Below the pieces are notes generated by a model. The model searched no databases. It saw only the letters and a list, made by a program, of their open reading frames with translations, and had not been told where the DNA came from. Positions 1 through 13,237 of a DNA stretch of 64,000 nucleotides are shown piece by piece. Origin of the DNA: Seison nebaliae (taxonomy: Eukaryota); contig JALJEE010001228.1 of the NCBI GenBank assembly GCA_023231475.1, positions 1 through 64,000 on the forward strand, given 5' to 3'. The stretch's first letter is position 1; each line of letters starts with the position of its first letter. Position numbers and translations under genes: made by a program.

Positions 1-1695
1 ATTGAAAGGCTTATGACAACCGAGCATCATCCGAACTGATCTATTATATGTTCGATCAAGACATCGTAATGACTTATCAGTATTCGAAATGGAAACTGGC
101 AATCCATAGAAGTCGCAACAGTAACAGACAAATAGCTTCAGCTTCAATTTAAGAGAGAAAAATATATCTTTGGAAAATAATTACAAACGTAGAGATATAA
201 ATATATTATCAGTGACCGTAAAAGGTAATTCAAATTGCCCAAATTATTATTTTCAATGATTAAAAAAAAGTGTACTTAATAATTGACCTACTAGGGTCCA
301 TATTGCAATTTATAATAGATGTAGAATTTGAATTTTAATGCTTAGATCATCATTTCGAAGAAGATTCTCGAAAGACTGCTGTAAAATTTTTACAGGGAAA
401 GAAAGTAGGAATAAAAAGAACTATTTTTTTGTAGTAGAATTATCCGATGTAAGGAGAAAATTAGGAATATTATCAACATACGGAAAATATAGACTTTTTG
501 ATTTTATACGTCAATATAATTTTAGAATGTAACTTACTGTTCAAAATTCAAAATTCAACGCCTTGTGAGATATACAAAATTCAACTATAGTGTTGTTTGG
601 AGGTTGTTTGTTACGTAGAAGACTGGTAGAAACGTCCGACAACAAATTTATTGAAGATAATTTATTGACAATAAAAATGTACTTATATAACTCTTTAGAT
701 TACATTCTAATGATGTTTGATGATGAATGAAAATAATGATTTATTATGATTCGATAGATTCGTTATGTTTACATAGTTTTTGAGAAGGGAAATAATATTG
801 GATCATGTAACGATCTAACGTAAGTAGACGTTTCTACATTAGCTTTAATAATAGAGGAATGAGTTTCGAATTCTCAATTACATTAGATTCCCATGAATAT
901 ATTTAAGTTTTCTAACATATGAAGAATCATTATATCAATAATTATATGGTTCATAAATTATTTTGTTTATTTACTATCGTCTAAGGATTAAGTTTCGTAA
1001 TAATTTCTTGTAATTTCCATGTAATCTTTGCGAGTCTCTTACGTTCAATTGATGGTTGTTGATGGAATATTATAGATGATATGACGAAACATCATTTAAT
1101 TAAGCTTTATTGAAATAATTATATAAAATTTCGTCAACATGTCTAGATTTTGTTCGCCAAATTTTTTTTATTCTTTGAAAATTTTTCAATAACAACATCA
1201 GTTGAATGTGTTTGAACGCATTTCTTCTCTCAAATAAAAGTAGGGGAAAAGAAGTTTTTGAGTAGCCGGTTACTTGATGTTTGTTACTGGTTGATGTGGT
1301 AATGTTGGAAATAGTTGATGGAAAATAAATAAAGTTTAAAAATAGAAAGAAGATCGATTGGAATGAATCATTTGATAAACTCGAAAAGAAAATAAGAAAA
1401 AAAAACAATAGTTGCATCGAAATATTCAAAATATATAATAATTAATTAGTGTTTGTTAAATTGGGGAAAGAATTAGGAATTTATTGAAATGTTCCTCCTC
1501 CTAATCAGTCGTCAACAATTAAGTGATTAAGTGACTGAAAGAATTCGAAATTTTCTTTCTTCAATTCCATTGAGCTTTAGAGAAGATGATGGGGAAATAA
1601 TGAGAATTATTCCCATCAAAATTGTGAGAATGAAACAGAAATTATTCCAGAAATTTTTCAATTTTTTTCTTTCTTTTCTGATTCGTTTTCGATAT

Positions 1696-2067
1696 TTACT
1701 TTGATCGCTTGTTCTTATTTCGTCGTTTACAATAAGTTTTCGTTGTAATGATCAATTCTTTATCGCCAGTTTTTGGATCTTCTTTCAATCGAAAAGTAGT
1801 TCGACTGTTCTTCAGGTTGGGGAAGAGCATTTGACTAATCTGTTCAGCCGATTGAGGTAGTGGAATACCTTCTTCGCAAACCGTCTTCCATGGTAATGGA
1901 TAAGAATGTGCGTATGAATAGATTGCATCACCATCGTCGTTGACAGACATGCCAACTGGACATGGGACCCAACCGGCTTGTCCTACTAAAGGAGAGTCAT
2001 TTTCTTGATTGCGACTGTTGAACGATTCAACTCCTTTACTATAATGATTTCGATCAATCGATTCCAT
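1696..2067 (-). CDS. Hypothetical protein (~123 aa from the first ATG; possibly a terminal exon)
   Basis: Open frame with protein-like composition and higher GC than its flanks. The ORF-track start is GTG; first ATG is at 2067. No recognisable motif. Confidence 0.45.
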   Translation of the reverse strand: MESIDRNHYSKGVESFNSRNQENDSPLVGQAGWVPCPVGMSVNDDGDAIYSYAHSYPLPWKTVCEEGIPLPQSAEQISQMLFPNLKNSRTTFRLKEDPKTGDKELIITTKTYCKRRNKNKRSK

Positions 2068-4356
2068 GACTACAATCACACTTAATCAAAATGATGATAC
2101 TATTGAAAAATTTATTCTAAATAAAAAGAGAATGAAAGTTGTTGGGATTTATATTGAGTAATTTTATATTTATAAATTCGGAAATAGTTGCAATTCGTTT
2201 CCATGTATAGATATCATTTCAAACGGATAGAATTGGAAAATAATTAAAAACTCCTACTTCAATTACATCGACGACTGACCAACATGGCCAACAATGAATG
2301 ATAATACGAATGAGGGAAAGAAATGAGAATGAAGGAAAGAAACTCGTCATTAAGTTTGGGGAAAGGAAATTTTTGAAAAATGAAATTCGATTATCAAATA
2401 TTAGTTGGAGATACGAATATTGAGAAGTCGAAGTTGAAGGTCAAATTCATTTTGCGATGTCCAATAATCTTTTTTCGGAAATAATAACGACGAATTGTTT
2501 GAGGTGTTGGTGAGAGGTCGATGATGGCGATGATGATTTTTAATATTCTTATCCAGTTCTCTGTCTTTCCCCTCCAATTAGTTGGATGAGAGATGAGAAT
2601 GAGAAGAATTTATTTAATTTCATTTCTCCGAATTAGACGATTGAATGATTCTTGTTAAATTTTATTTACCAACACTATTTTTAGTGTAAGATAAGTTTTA
2701 TTATTGTTTCAACTAATAATTCCTTTCATCAATCCTCCTAAGACAATCGGAGGGCTTGTCTCTCAATAATTATAAACTGAATAATGATGTTCGATCATCG
2801 TGAGATGTCTCATCGATTAAAAGAATGATATGACTATTAGAATAAAGGAATTATTCTCACATTAATTGAATTCTAATTTAATCACTTACCATGAATAACA
2901 ATATATATATATCAATTTTATTCGATAATTTTACACTTTACAACACCTTTAGTCTAATTTACAGAATTCTCATTTAAAATTCTCATAATCATTTTCGTGA
3001 AGGATAATCAAGGTCAATCGATAAGTATTAGGTCAATTACAAATGGATCATCTTTTGAAATTAAAATCTTTTAAATTAATCGATCATACATAAAATATTT
3101 CTATTAGAAAATTATTGTCATAGAAAAATCGATTAATTTATCAGAAAAATTAAAATTTGTGAAATAGTTTCCATTGTTTTTCTTATTCGAATTATACAAA
3201 TAAATGGATACAGAAAATTTCTTTAAGAAATGGATAAAGATAAGAAAAGATTGGTCATTATCTTATTAAAGGACTTGACGCGAGATCAATCGATAGGTAA
3301 ATGAATGGAAAAAACAAATTAAAATGAAGTTTTCTTCTTAAAATTAATAAATTAGTGTAAATTTAACGAATAGAAAAACTGATGGAGGACCATCAATTAT
3401 CATGATCATAACGAATACAACAAATCACTTTTATGTTCTTCATAGTATGTAGTATGTGGTACATACAAATATATATTCACTTTAGAATTATCTATTTAAT
3501 TCGACAATTCTATCCATAAAATTTTGATTAAAATTTGAAAGTTTTTTACAAAATTTCTATTAAAATTTGAAATTTATTTATAATTTAATTAGAAAGAAAC
3601 TCACATTATTCATCTATTAAAATATTGTTATTTGATAGGGATAACAATACAATAAAATTAAAATGATTAATGTTCTCCTCAAATTCATTGCAAATCATCG
3701 AAATTCATGTTTGCAATAGTATTGAATTATTTGATAGCGACAGGAAGAAATTGCTCATTTCTAAATTAAACGTTTTATGCGTCGTTAAATTTTGATGAAG
3801 ATACGCATTTCCCAACATAACTTCGACATAATTTAAATTGCAATTTGCACGATTGTAATCGAAGGTTATCTGAGTAATTCATAAATTTCAAAACGGATTA
3901 TTTACCTCATATCATCATCTTTCCGTCTACCAACGTTTCAGTTCGATTACACGAGCAAGTCCAGAAAAGAATGAGAAGAAATCGAATTTTATTATGAAAA
4001 TGAACCAAAGATAAAAATGAGAAATTGAAAAGAAAACTTTTTCCTACGTTAATATTGGAACTGCCTATTACTTAAAGAAAATCCTTATTGGAAAATTAAT
4101 TAAAATTATAATTTTTCTATTAACTACTAAACTCATGAATGACGATGAGTGGGATGGTTTCGTCAAATCTAAACTTTCATTAGAAATTGTTAAAGGAATT
4201 CATCTTTCCAATTTAATGACAATTTTTTTTTCGTGTTTGACTGTGAGAAAAAACTAAACTACAACTAAAATTAGTTAGGTGAGAGAATGAATGGGAAACA
4301 TAAAGTTTTTTGAATGGAAAAGAAATCATTGAGACAATTCAAGGAATTTTTGTTCG

Positions 4357-5628
4357 TCAGTTTTTCACTTCGAATGTTTGATAGCCCGATTTCGAATATT
4401 GTTTGATTACATCATTAATATCATTAGTCGTTTCAATCTTTTTATCATTACTAATAAAATCGGTTGCACCATTGAAATTTCCTCCACTTGGTTTGTTTTC
4501 ATAATAATTATTCATAAAATTCAAAGAAGAAGTATAATTGGTTGAACCATAAGTTGATGAAACATCTAATGCTTTCGAGGATGTACGACTATCGTCTGAC
4601 ATCTGATAGGACATGTTCGTCGGATATTGTAATTCGGCATTGTTCACGTTAATCCCGTGTCGTTGTAATGTATCATAGATGAAATTCTTCGTTCGAAGTT
4701 GTCCCGCGTATTTTTGCAAATACATTTGCGGGTTAATTTTAACGACACCCAAATTATGAATCTCTCGATTCACACAAGGCTCACCGCCATGCCATTGAAT
4801 GATCGTATTACGAACATTCTTCTCTTGTCTCACAGGTGCTCGTTGATAAAGTACACGTCGCTTTTGTTCTTTGTACGGTAACCATCGTTCGATGATGAAC
4901 GCTGGTGGTTTTGGTGGTAAAGGAGCCGAACGTTCGATAATCACTTTTCTTGGAGGAGGACATGGAGTGGGGAGACGTTTTTGAATAATTTTCATTGGAA
5001 TCTGTCTGGGTGTTTGTGGAGGATTCTCTCTGAGGACGACAGGTGCCGGTGATTTTGCGGCGACTGGTCGTTGTCGAATATGAATCGGAGGTTTACTATT
5101 TGGAGTAATCGGACGGAGTTCTTTAATAACTACTGGACCTGGTGGTGGAGGTGAATTGGGTTGAAGGAATCTTATTCCGATTTGTTGTTTATAAGGAATT
5201 GTGGAATTCGATTTTTTGTAAACAACTTCCGGTTGAGGATCATAATTAATTTCCTTACAATTCCTTGTCGTTGTTCCATTATTCCATTGCATAGATGTAG
5301 ATGTATCCGCCATAACCTCGTTATTGTACAAACCAGCTGCCCCGTCATTTTGTGAAAAATTATCAACATTCACTTCTTTCATTGATGATAATATATCATC
5401 AGCGTTAACGTTCATATGAGATGAAGCATAAGTATGACTATTAACATTACCAATTGTTGATGTAATATCAGTCATGTTATTATTCACATCAACACCAGTC
5501 ACATGTTGATCGATGTTCGGTGTTGCATCGATTTCCTTACTGGAAACATAGGACGTAGCGCCAAATCCATGAATGCCACCTCGTCCTCCCAATTCGGTTG
5601 CTGAAGCAAATTCGTTTGAAACTTTCAT
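4357..5628 (-). CDS. Uncharacterised protein with a Pro/Arg/Ile/Val-rich repeat core (possible cytoskeletal/structural protein)
   Basis: 423-aa single-exon ORF. Core of quasi-repeats (PPPPGPVVIKE, PVVLRENPP, PPRKVIIER, IIERWLPYKEQKRRVLYQRAP). Resembles uncharacterised invertebrate proteins from memory; function not established. Confidence 0.75.
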   Translation of the reverse strand: MKVSNEFASATELGGRGGIHGFGATSYVSSKEIDATPNIDQHVTGVDVNNNMTDITSTIGNVNSHTYASSHMNVNADDILSSMKEVNVDNFSQNDGAAGLYNNEVMADTSTSMQWNNGTTTRNCKEINYDPQPEVVYKKSNSTIPYKQQIGIRFLQPNSPPPPGPVVIKELRPITPNSKPPIHIRQRPVAAKSPAPVVLRENPPQTPRQIPMKIIQKRLPTPCPPPRKVIIERSAPLPPKPPAFIIERWLPYKEQKRRVLYQRAPVRQEKNVRNTIIQWHGGEPCVNREIHNLGVVKINPQMYLQKYAGQLRTKNFIYDTLQRHGINVNNAELQYPTNMSYQMSDDSRTSSKALDVSSTYGSTNYTSSLNFMNNYYENKPSGGNFNGATDFISNDKKIETTNDINDVIKQYSKSGYQTFEVKN

Positions 5629-7164
5629 TTCTTAAAATGTATAATTATATAACCAGTGAAACTTGTTAACTATTCAGATTAGATGAACAATAAATACACG
5701 ATCAATTCGACAACGATTGTGAGATAATTGAATAATTCTTTTCATTCGATACACTTTATTAGTGGACATCTGTATTCTTGGTACAAGTACGAACACTTAT
5801 TGCTCCCCCCTCTTCATTTGTCTTCCAATGATACTCAGATTATTATGTAATTATAATTCTTCGAACAATTGTAAGTCTGAAACATTATACTCTCTAACTA
5901 TTTCCTCAATAAATGCATCAGATGTTAAGTATATCATATAATCATTGAAATTATATATACACACCACTAAATTGTAAATATCTCCGTTTTCCTCCCAAGA
6001 AATCAGTTCAAATGAATTTCAAATTCATATCAAACAATTTCAAATAATTTCAAATTTATCATTTTAATACCTAATACCTAATTCATTTCAAATAATTTCA
6101 AATTTATTATTCATTTATTTTAAAATCATCAAACTCTCGAACGTTTTCTTAAGACGACTTTTTTCATTCATAAATTTTAATCAAATTATTATGTTCAACC
6201 GTGACAGAAGTAACAAACAATCAACGAAACAACAACGTCGGAATTCTTATAACGGTTTTTTTGATATTTAATAGGAAAAAGAAACTAGTGAAATATTCAG
6301 TCTCATTATAAAATATATTCATTCGTTATCTACGATTTCAATATATGGAAATGAAGTAAACAGAAATGGAATATTCATAAGGAAAGGAATAATAGGAATA
6401 TAAGTTTTCCTTTTAGTTTCTAAAATTGCATGTTATTTCACTGAAATACAAATTATCAAAATAAAATATTAAGAGGAAATAGAGATTATTCTAGTTTCGA
6501 CGTTGTCACCATATACTTAATTTCCTTAGTTACGATTCCTTGTTGATTTTAGTAGGTTCTATGATATTCTCCATAATATTGAATCATAATAATGAAAATG
6601 TTTAATATTCAATAATAAGAAGAATCATGATGTTTGGAATTCCAAGATGTAGTCAAGGTTAATCAAACAAAAAACACAAGTTCGTTACTTAATTCTTTGA
6701 TTGATGATTATTTAACAAATTATTCTACAAAATAAATAAGATTATTTTCTAATGTTGCCCAATAAAATTTAGGAGTTTAGAAAAATAAGATTTATTAATA
6801 TATTTTATAAAATATTTTTACGAAACTATATTCGAGATTAAAAAAAGAAACAATTGTAAAAAATAGGACGAGAATAATCACATAAATATAATGTCTATTG
6901 TGAAATGTAAAAAAAACTGATATAGTTAGGGATAAATTCTGTATAACAATACAATAAAAAAAAGGATGATGAATGTCATTCGAAGAGAAATAAATAAATC
7001 GAACTTTTATCCAAAAAAAAATCATAGACGGAATTATTTATAAACACGCAAAGAAAGTGAAAAGAATAAATTTAAAAAAAAATCCGGGAGAGGTCTACCA
7101 AAAAAAAAGGAGAAAATATAATCAAAAAGAAAAAAAAGAATAAATTATCGATAAACGAATATCA

Positions 7165-8436
7165 TTATCTGGAGCGGAAAGAATATTTGCCCAATTTCTT
7201 TTGATAAATTTCTATTTTATGTAATAAACATTTATTCCGATATTTTAATTCTTCGATTTCTTTTTTAGCATTGTCTAATTCGATTTTAGTTCTATTTTGA
7301 CTCTCTTTTTGTTTTGCACGTGAACGTTTTACTGCTTCGTTGTTTCTTTCCCGTTTCATTCGATAATCGGGCGAGTCTTTGGGAATGACTTGATTACCGA
7401 ATCGTGCGACGTTGGCTGATTCTTGAAGCATTGCATGTCGTTTATTTGATAATGAATGATTATCGATTGAATCATCAGTACTCTCATTTTTTCTTTTTCT
7501 GGGACGAAATTGATCAATCGAATAATCATCTTCATCATCATCGTCATTATTCAACGATGTGATTTCATATCGAGGTATTTTTTGTTGCTTCCTCTCATAA
7601 TGATGAGTATTGTATGGATGTCGATATGAGTTCCGTGTTTTGATCATTTCACTTTCATAATCACTTTCAAGTTCCGAATTGGACTGATAATCTTTCATTT
7701 TTGAATAATTGTTATATGATGATTTATTTGAATAATATATGACTTTAGTTGATCGATCATAATAATCGTGATTATATTGTCTATCTGTCTTCTCTCGTTC
7801 AACGAAACGATCCGAATTATTATGATTTCGATGATTGTTATAATTATTTCGATGATTCTGACCATTTATCGTTCCAATAATACTGTTATTATTGTTGTTG
7901 TTGTTGCTTAATCTCAAAACATTATTCTTCATATTGTAACTGTGAGTGGCTTGAGGAGAGTTATCTTCGGAAAATCTTTCATTCTCCTTCTTTCCTATTG
8001 GGGAAGTTGCTGTAATTGATAATGTTCCGGTAGAACTGGCAGTTGTTGAAGATGGCGTCTTCTCATCACTACTAACGATTGGAGTATAAATTAAACTATC
8101 GGAACGTGACATCGGGGAAATGGAAGAGAGCATTGGATTTAAACTCTCTTTAGTTAATGGATTCTCATTCTCACAATATGGCGGTGATGGACTGATGTTA
8201 TTAGGAACGAAGAGATTGGAATGTAATAAGTCTGAATGGTTTTCGGTATCATCTCCAATCGAACCTATGAGGTCAGAGAGGCAGTCGGTGGAGAAATCTT
8301 CTTCTCGAATAGAATCAGTTTTGAATCCATTTAACACCAATTCACGCAGAGATCGCTGACTTCGATATGATTGATAATTACGATCATTAATCATGTGTCT
8401 TTGTTCTTCCATACCCATCATCGGTTCTTTCATCAT
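7165..8436 (-). CDS. C/EBP-like bZIP transcription factor
   Basis: C-terminal basic region KDSPDYRMKRERNNEAVKRSRAK followed by a leucine zipper matches C/EBP (..EYRxRRERNNIAVRKSR..). The ORF-track start at 8556 is TTG; first in-frame ATG is 8436. Intronless. Confidence 0.8.
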   Translation of the reverse strand: MMKEPMMGMEEQRHMINDRNYQSYRSQRSLRELVLNGFKTDSIREEDFSTDCLSDLIGSIGDDTENHSDLLHSNLFVPNNISPSPPYCENENPLTKESLNPMLSSISPMSRSDSLIYTPIVSSDEKTPSSTTASSTGTLSITATSPIGKKENERFSEDNSPQATHSYNMKNNVLRLSNNNNNNNSIIGTINGQNHRNNYNNHRNHNNSDRFVEREKTDRQYNHDYYDRSTKVIYYSNKSSYNNYSKMKDYQSNSELESDYESEMIKTRNSYRHPYNTHHYERKQQKIPRYEITSLNNDDDDEDDYSIDQFRPRKRKNESTDDSIDNHSLSNKRHAMLQESANVARFGNQVIPKDSPDYRMKRERNNEAVKRSRAKQKESQNRTKIELDNAKKEIEELKYRNKCLLHKIEIYQKKLGKYSFRSR

Positions 8437-9674
8437 AATATTAATCGTTCGATTTCCCTCAATTTCCGACCAATCGATATTATACTTTTCCGTTGCTATG
8501 GTGATGGAGGTGATACCCGGTTTCCCTTTGGATACCTTGAAGCGTAGGAAAGACAAACTTCACTATCGTATGAAATTTTAAAATGAAATGAAGTTGTACA
8601 ATAAAGATTTCGCAACATTTTATACTTGTCCATTTGTATTTGTCTTTCCTCTCTTCCCGTACGTATAACCTGTATATGCAAGTTTATACATCGACATGTC
8701 GTTTCATGTTCATAAGCTTGTCTCTCTATTGCGTAATGTTTCTCTAATCGTCTCTACTTTCACCAATTCGAACGAATAGAGAATTATCTCTATTTGAATT
8801 TTTAGTTTTTCCTCTTATTAATAATTTGAAGAATTTGTTTAAATTTTTCTTGTTTATTTAATAATTGTTGATCGATTATTTTTTTTCATTTCCTTTTTAT
8901 TCTCTTATTGATTATCGAGTATTTTTCTTATGCATACATATCTGAGTTGTAGAGTTCTCCTCTACAAATACATATGTTCATCCACTCTTCCTTTCCTACA
9001 GTTGCCAAGTGTTGTATGTGCTAAGGTTATGGGAGTGCTCTCTCGGATTGCCCGACTTGAGAAATCGAATTTAAAACTCAATTCAATTAATGCTTTCAAA
9101 CTTATTCTCTTTTCCTATTAAATTGTATAAACATATAAACACACATAACACACACGAAAATACACACCCTTCACACATTCAATTTCCGATAAAGGTTCTT
9201 CTCACCTTTCTTGTTCAAATAAATTTTTATTTTTAAAGAGTCACCTTGAACACGTTGAAAATCTAGTTAGGAATACAACTAACATAATTTATATGAATCG
9301 ACATTTCACAGTTCTCTATTAAAATTAATTTGTTTAACTTATTTGAAGAATTTCTTTTCTTTTACATATTATATGTCATGTATTATATTACTCAATAGCA
9401 GTATATAGAAATTTACATCTATAAAAAATTATTTAAATAACCGTTATTTAATAGACTTACAATGTTGATGATAATTATCATCTCAATTAATTTAATGAAT
9501 TTTAACAGAAATTTCTTTTGGAATGAAACATTGTTTGATTAATTTTCAAATGTCATTTGTTTAACTTCCAATTTTGAGAAATCGTTTAAGCGTAAACGTT
9601 CAGTTTTCTGTAAAAAATTGAAATTTTAAGTTTTTTCTATTTTTAGTTGACTTTTTCCTTCTGTAAATTTTCCA

Positions 9675-11363
9675 ATGGTTGGTTGTTGTCTTGCTCGTCA
9701 TTGTCAGCGACAAAGCATCCCAGAATATGTGGTGGATCTCTTCCAATTTCCTTTTATGAATAATAAAGAAAAATTCAGTCCTTTACTCAAAACCAAATTT
9801 AAGGGTTCACTTCCATATTCTATTCCCAGAGGTTCCGTCAATCTTGTAGGAAGTTGTGCTTTAATTAGCGTGTTAGCCACGTTCCAAAGTGTTCCATATT
9901 TTTTGTTAAGTGTGTTTGAGAATCATAAAGGAGATGATTGGAATGTCATTATTGATTACGCTGACGAGAAGATCAATAATCCAATAAGATTAGCACCAAC
10001 TCATCATACGATGGGAGGTAATTACTTGGCAATGGAAATATTACGATCATACGATATAAATCCCAGAAATTTTCGAATTTCTGATTGTCATTACAAAAAA
10101 AACTATGTGGAATATTTCGTATATTTAAGTCACGAACGTTATCCTCGTGAACAAACAACAGCCGTTTCCCAATTTCTTGACAAGACAGCGACGTTGATGA
10201 AATTTAAAAGTATTTGCCCTAAAAGAAATCGTAGAATGTTGCATACATGTTATAGTACATGTATGTCACATAGAGGTAACGATATAGAATTGATGTTGAA
10301 CAATTTATTTCCTTGGAGTAAAAGTGAAATTTATTCTGATGATAAATTAAACGGAAAATTTGAAAGAGAAGAATTTTTTGAAGAGGATTTCTTACGTAAT
10401 TTCTTTCTTATTCGTCGAAGTATTAGTTTATTGACGGTTAGCGTTAATTATGAGAATAATGATTACGATCATCGTATTCCACATTATGACAGAATAACGG
10501 CACTTGGAACCTTTCAATTCTTCAGTGAATCAGCACGAAATTTTATAAGGGAATTTACTGATCATTTTCATTTTAAATGGCTGTATATTACATATCGAGG
10601 AGCATTTGTTCGAAGAAATAACAAATTGAAACAAAGAGTAGGTGTAGAACAATATTATTTTAGAAATGTTGCAAGAGTGATTGAGAAGGGAATAAAATCA
10701 TCCGATGAAATAGTTCTAAAAAGGTTAAAGAAGATTTTGGTACCTGTAAAATATTTAGGTGTATATTTCCAACCTTCAAGTCCACTTAATAATTTGAATA
10801 TATTTGAGAAAGAATTAAAAACGATTCATAATATTCAAGATAGTTATGACATTACAGGATTTATTTTCAATCATGAAGAATCTGGTTTTCAACTTGATCT
10901 TCGATACACTTCAGTATTAGAAATAAATGAAACACACCCGTCAAATGAATTACATAAGGAATGTGTTGAAAATTATAATAATCACATGAAAGATGGAATA
11001 AGGAAGAGATATGTACATACAGATAAGAAATATTCTTCGATAGAAAGAATGAGAATTCTGACAACAATATCACAGATCATATGTCAAAACTTTCTGGGAA
11101 TAAATGATGAAACAAAAAAAATATATTCTTCTTCAACCTCTCATGCTGTCGCAATTGTTCGATCAACAGATAAAAGAAGTTGGTACCATATATTTGGAAA
11201 TCTGGTGCATGAGATTAAAGACATGAAACGAGTATTACCGGCATATCGATATGAGTCTCTTCACGGAATAGTCCTCTCTTCAAACAAACATTATACTCAA
11301 TTGTTACAAGAATGGTACACCATTTTAAATTCCAACTTTAGAATAAGAAAGACGAATGTTTAA
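9675..11363 (+). CDS. Divergent ubiquitin-specific protease (peptidase C19)-like protein
   Basis: 562-aa intronless ORF. RGSVNLVGSCALISVLATFQSVPYF resembles the USP Cys box (GLxNxGNTCYxNSxLQxLxxxP). STSHAVAIVRSTDKRSWYHIFGNLV resembles the His box (GHYxAxV....WxxFxDxxV). Confidence 0.5.
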   Translation: MVGCCLARHCQRQSIPEYVVDLFQFPFMNNKEKFSPLLKTKFKGSLPYSIPRGSVNLVGSCALISVLATFQSVPYFLLSVFENHKGDDWNVIIDYADEKINNPIRLAPTHHTMGGNYLAMEILRSYDINPRNFRISDCHYKKNYVEYFVYLSHERYPREQTTAVSQFLDKTATLMKFKSICPKRNRRMLHTCYSTCMSHRGNDIELMLNNLFPWSKSEIYSDDKLNGKFEREEFFEEDFLRNFFLIRRSISLLTVSVNYENNDYDHRIPHYDRITALGTFQFFSESARNFIREFTDHFHFKWLYITYRGAFVRRNNKLKQRVGVEQYYFRNVARVIEKGIKSSDEIVLKRLKKILVPVKYLGVYFQPSSPLNNLNIFEKELKTIHNIQDSYDITGFIFNHEESGFQLDLRYTSVLEINETHPSNELHKECVENYNNHMKDGIRKRYVHTDKKYSSIERMRILTTISQIICQNFLGINDETKKIYSSSTSHAVAIVRSTDKRSWYHIFGNLVHEIKDMKRVLPAYRYESLHGIVLSSNKHYTQLLQEWYTILNSNFRIRKTNV

Positions 11364-11967
11364 CTTGAACAATAACTTATTTCTAATAAATCTGCGTTTG
11401 GAAGATCTCCAGAAAATTATTGTTAAAAAATTAAAGAAAAGTTTTGAAATAATATGTTCCTCCAATATTAGGAATGTTAGTTCATAGTTGATTTTATAAG
11501 AATAATAAGATTTTTCATAATTGAATTTCTTATATTTCTCCTTAATACGAACATGTTGAAAGTGCTTAGTTCGTGTTAAGGAAACTAATTTGTTAGTTGA
11601 AAATCTTTCTGAAATTTGGAGCTATGTCTCTATTCTTTCTGTTCTTTCTGACCATATACATGTATAATTGCCATATCTTTATTTTCTTTGATCTATGTTT
11701 AATGTTTCATTACGTTGAAATATGGTCAATCGATAACAATTTGAAAATTACATATCATGAGTCCTAAGCATATGTCATGAGTTTCAATTATGATGTAATT
11801 ATCGAAATGAGATTATAAGATAAAGATGCATTATAAATTAAGTTATCCTTAAGGTTATAACGTAATGGCATGGGAATAAACGTCATCCATAAACGGTAGT
11901 ATATAAGAATACGATGAATCTCAAAATATATATCAAATTCAAATCTTTTAATAAGAAAACAACCGAA

Positions 11968-13237
11968 ATGTTTCGTGGTAAGAACAGTCATGTACAGTTA
12001 GGATTATAGAAGTTTTCATAGTTCATTCTTTCTTCAAAGATTCCTTGAACGGAAAAAAAAACCTCAAGCAGGTGGTCCGATTTATATAATCATCTTCATT
12101 GTTATTGTAATAGCCGTTGGTGGTGGACTTGGAGGAGCACTTGGTTAGATTTTTAGTTACTTAGATTTAAGTAATTCGATGTTAAAGGTAGTGGAGGTGG
12201 AAGTGGAGGCGGAAATGGCGGTGGAAATTCGAATTCGAATTCAAATAACAACAATGTTGTTGTGAATATTAATGTTTAAATTTAATGCATTATTATAAGA
12301 TATAAATTTTATTCTTCATCAGCCCACCCAATCCGCACCAAAAATTGAGGATGCAACAAAAACAAATCTGATAAGCACAGATAAAATTGACCCGATAACA
12401 GAAACGTCAAACGAACTTTCAACGGGGTCTGTACAGCAAAGAGATAGTACTAGAAAGACAGAGACTACAACCGTGGATTCACAGGAATCAACCGACCCTA
12501 ATTTGAAGAGTAGCAGAGAAGAGCTATCTACAAGCATGGATCCCCGGACAACAAGAAGTCAAACATCCACCATGGACCCTCGGACATCAGAAGCTTCAAC
12601 GGCTTTTATGGATCTATGGACAACAAGAAGTCGAACATCCACTATGGATCCATGGACAACAAGGGATTCCAGAAGCACGATGGACCCTTGGACAGCAGAA
12701 GTTTCAACGAGTTTTATGGACCCATGGACAACAAAAGGTCCTAGAACCACAATGGATCCTTGGACAACAAGAAGCACGATGGATCCTTGGCCAACTAGAC
12801 GTCCCAGAACCACAATGGATCCATGGACAATAAGAACTCTCAGAACCACGATGGATCCTTGGACAACAGGACGTCCTAGAAGGACGATGGATCCTTGGAC
12901 AACAAGACGTCCTAGAAGCACGATGGATCCTTGGACAACAAGACGTCCTAGAAGGACAATGGATCCTTGGACAACAAGACGTCCTAGAAGCACGATGGAT
13001 CCTTGGACAACAAGACGTCCTAGAAGCACGATGGATCCTTGGACAACAAGACGTCCTAGAACCACGATGGATCCTTGGCCAACAAGACCTTTCAGAACCA
13101 CGATGGATCCTTGGCCAATAAGAGATTCAACAACTACCATGGACCCCTGGACAACAAGACGTTCAACAACCACAATGGATCCCTGGACAACCAGAACTTC
13201 AACCACCACCATGATGATGATGGGTAACGGCGATTGA
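11968..13237 (+). CDS. Type II membrane protein with Thr/Arg/Trp tandem-repeat ectodomain, paralog 1 (377 aa)
   Basis: Exons 11968-11996, 12040-12143, 12188-12273, 12323-13237 join in frame. Order: MFRGKNSHVQFLERKKKPQ, hydrophobic TM (IYIIIFIVIVIAVGGGLGGAL), Gly/Asn linker, repeat exon. Exon structure shared with two paralogs. Confidence 0.8.
12530..13200 (+). repeat. Coding tandem repeat, ~36-nt unit (TTRRPRSTMDPW)
   Basis: Recurrent atggatccttggacaacaagacgtcctagaagcacg units; MDPW/MDPR recurs through the whole exon. Confidence 0.95.

Noticed and set aside
12530..13200. 36-nt periodic repeat as a possible CRISPR array
   Set aside because: Units are contiguous, in frame and protein-coding, with no unique spacers.
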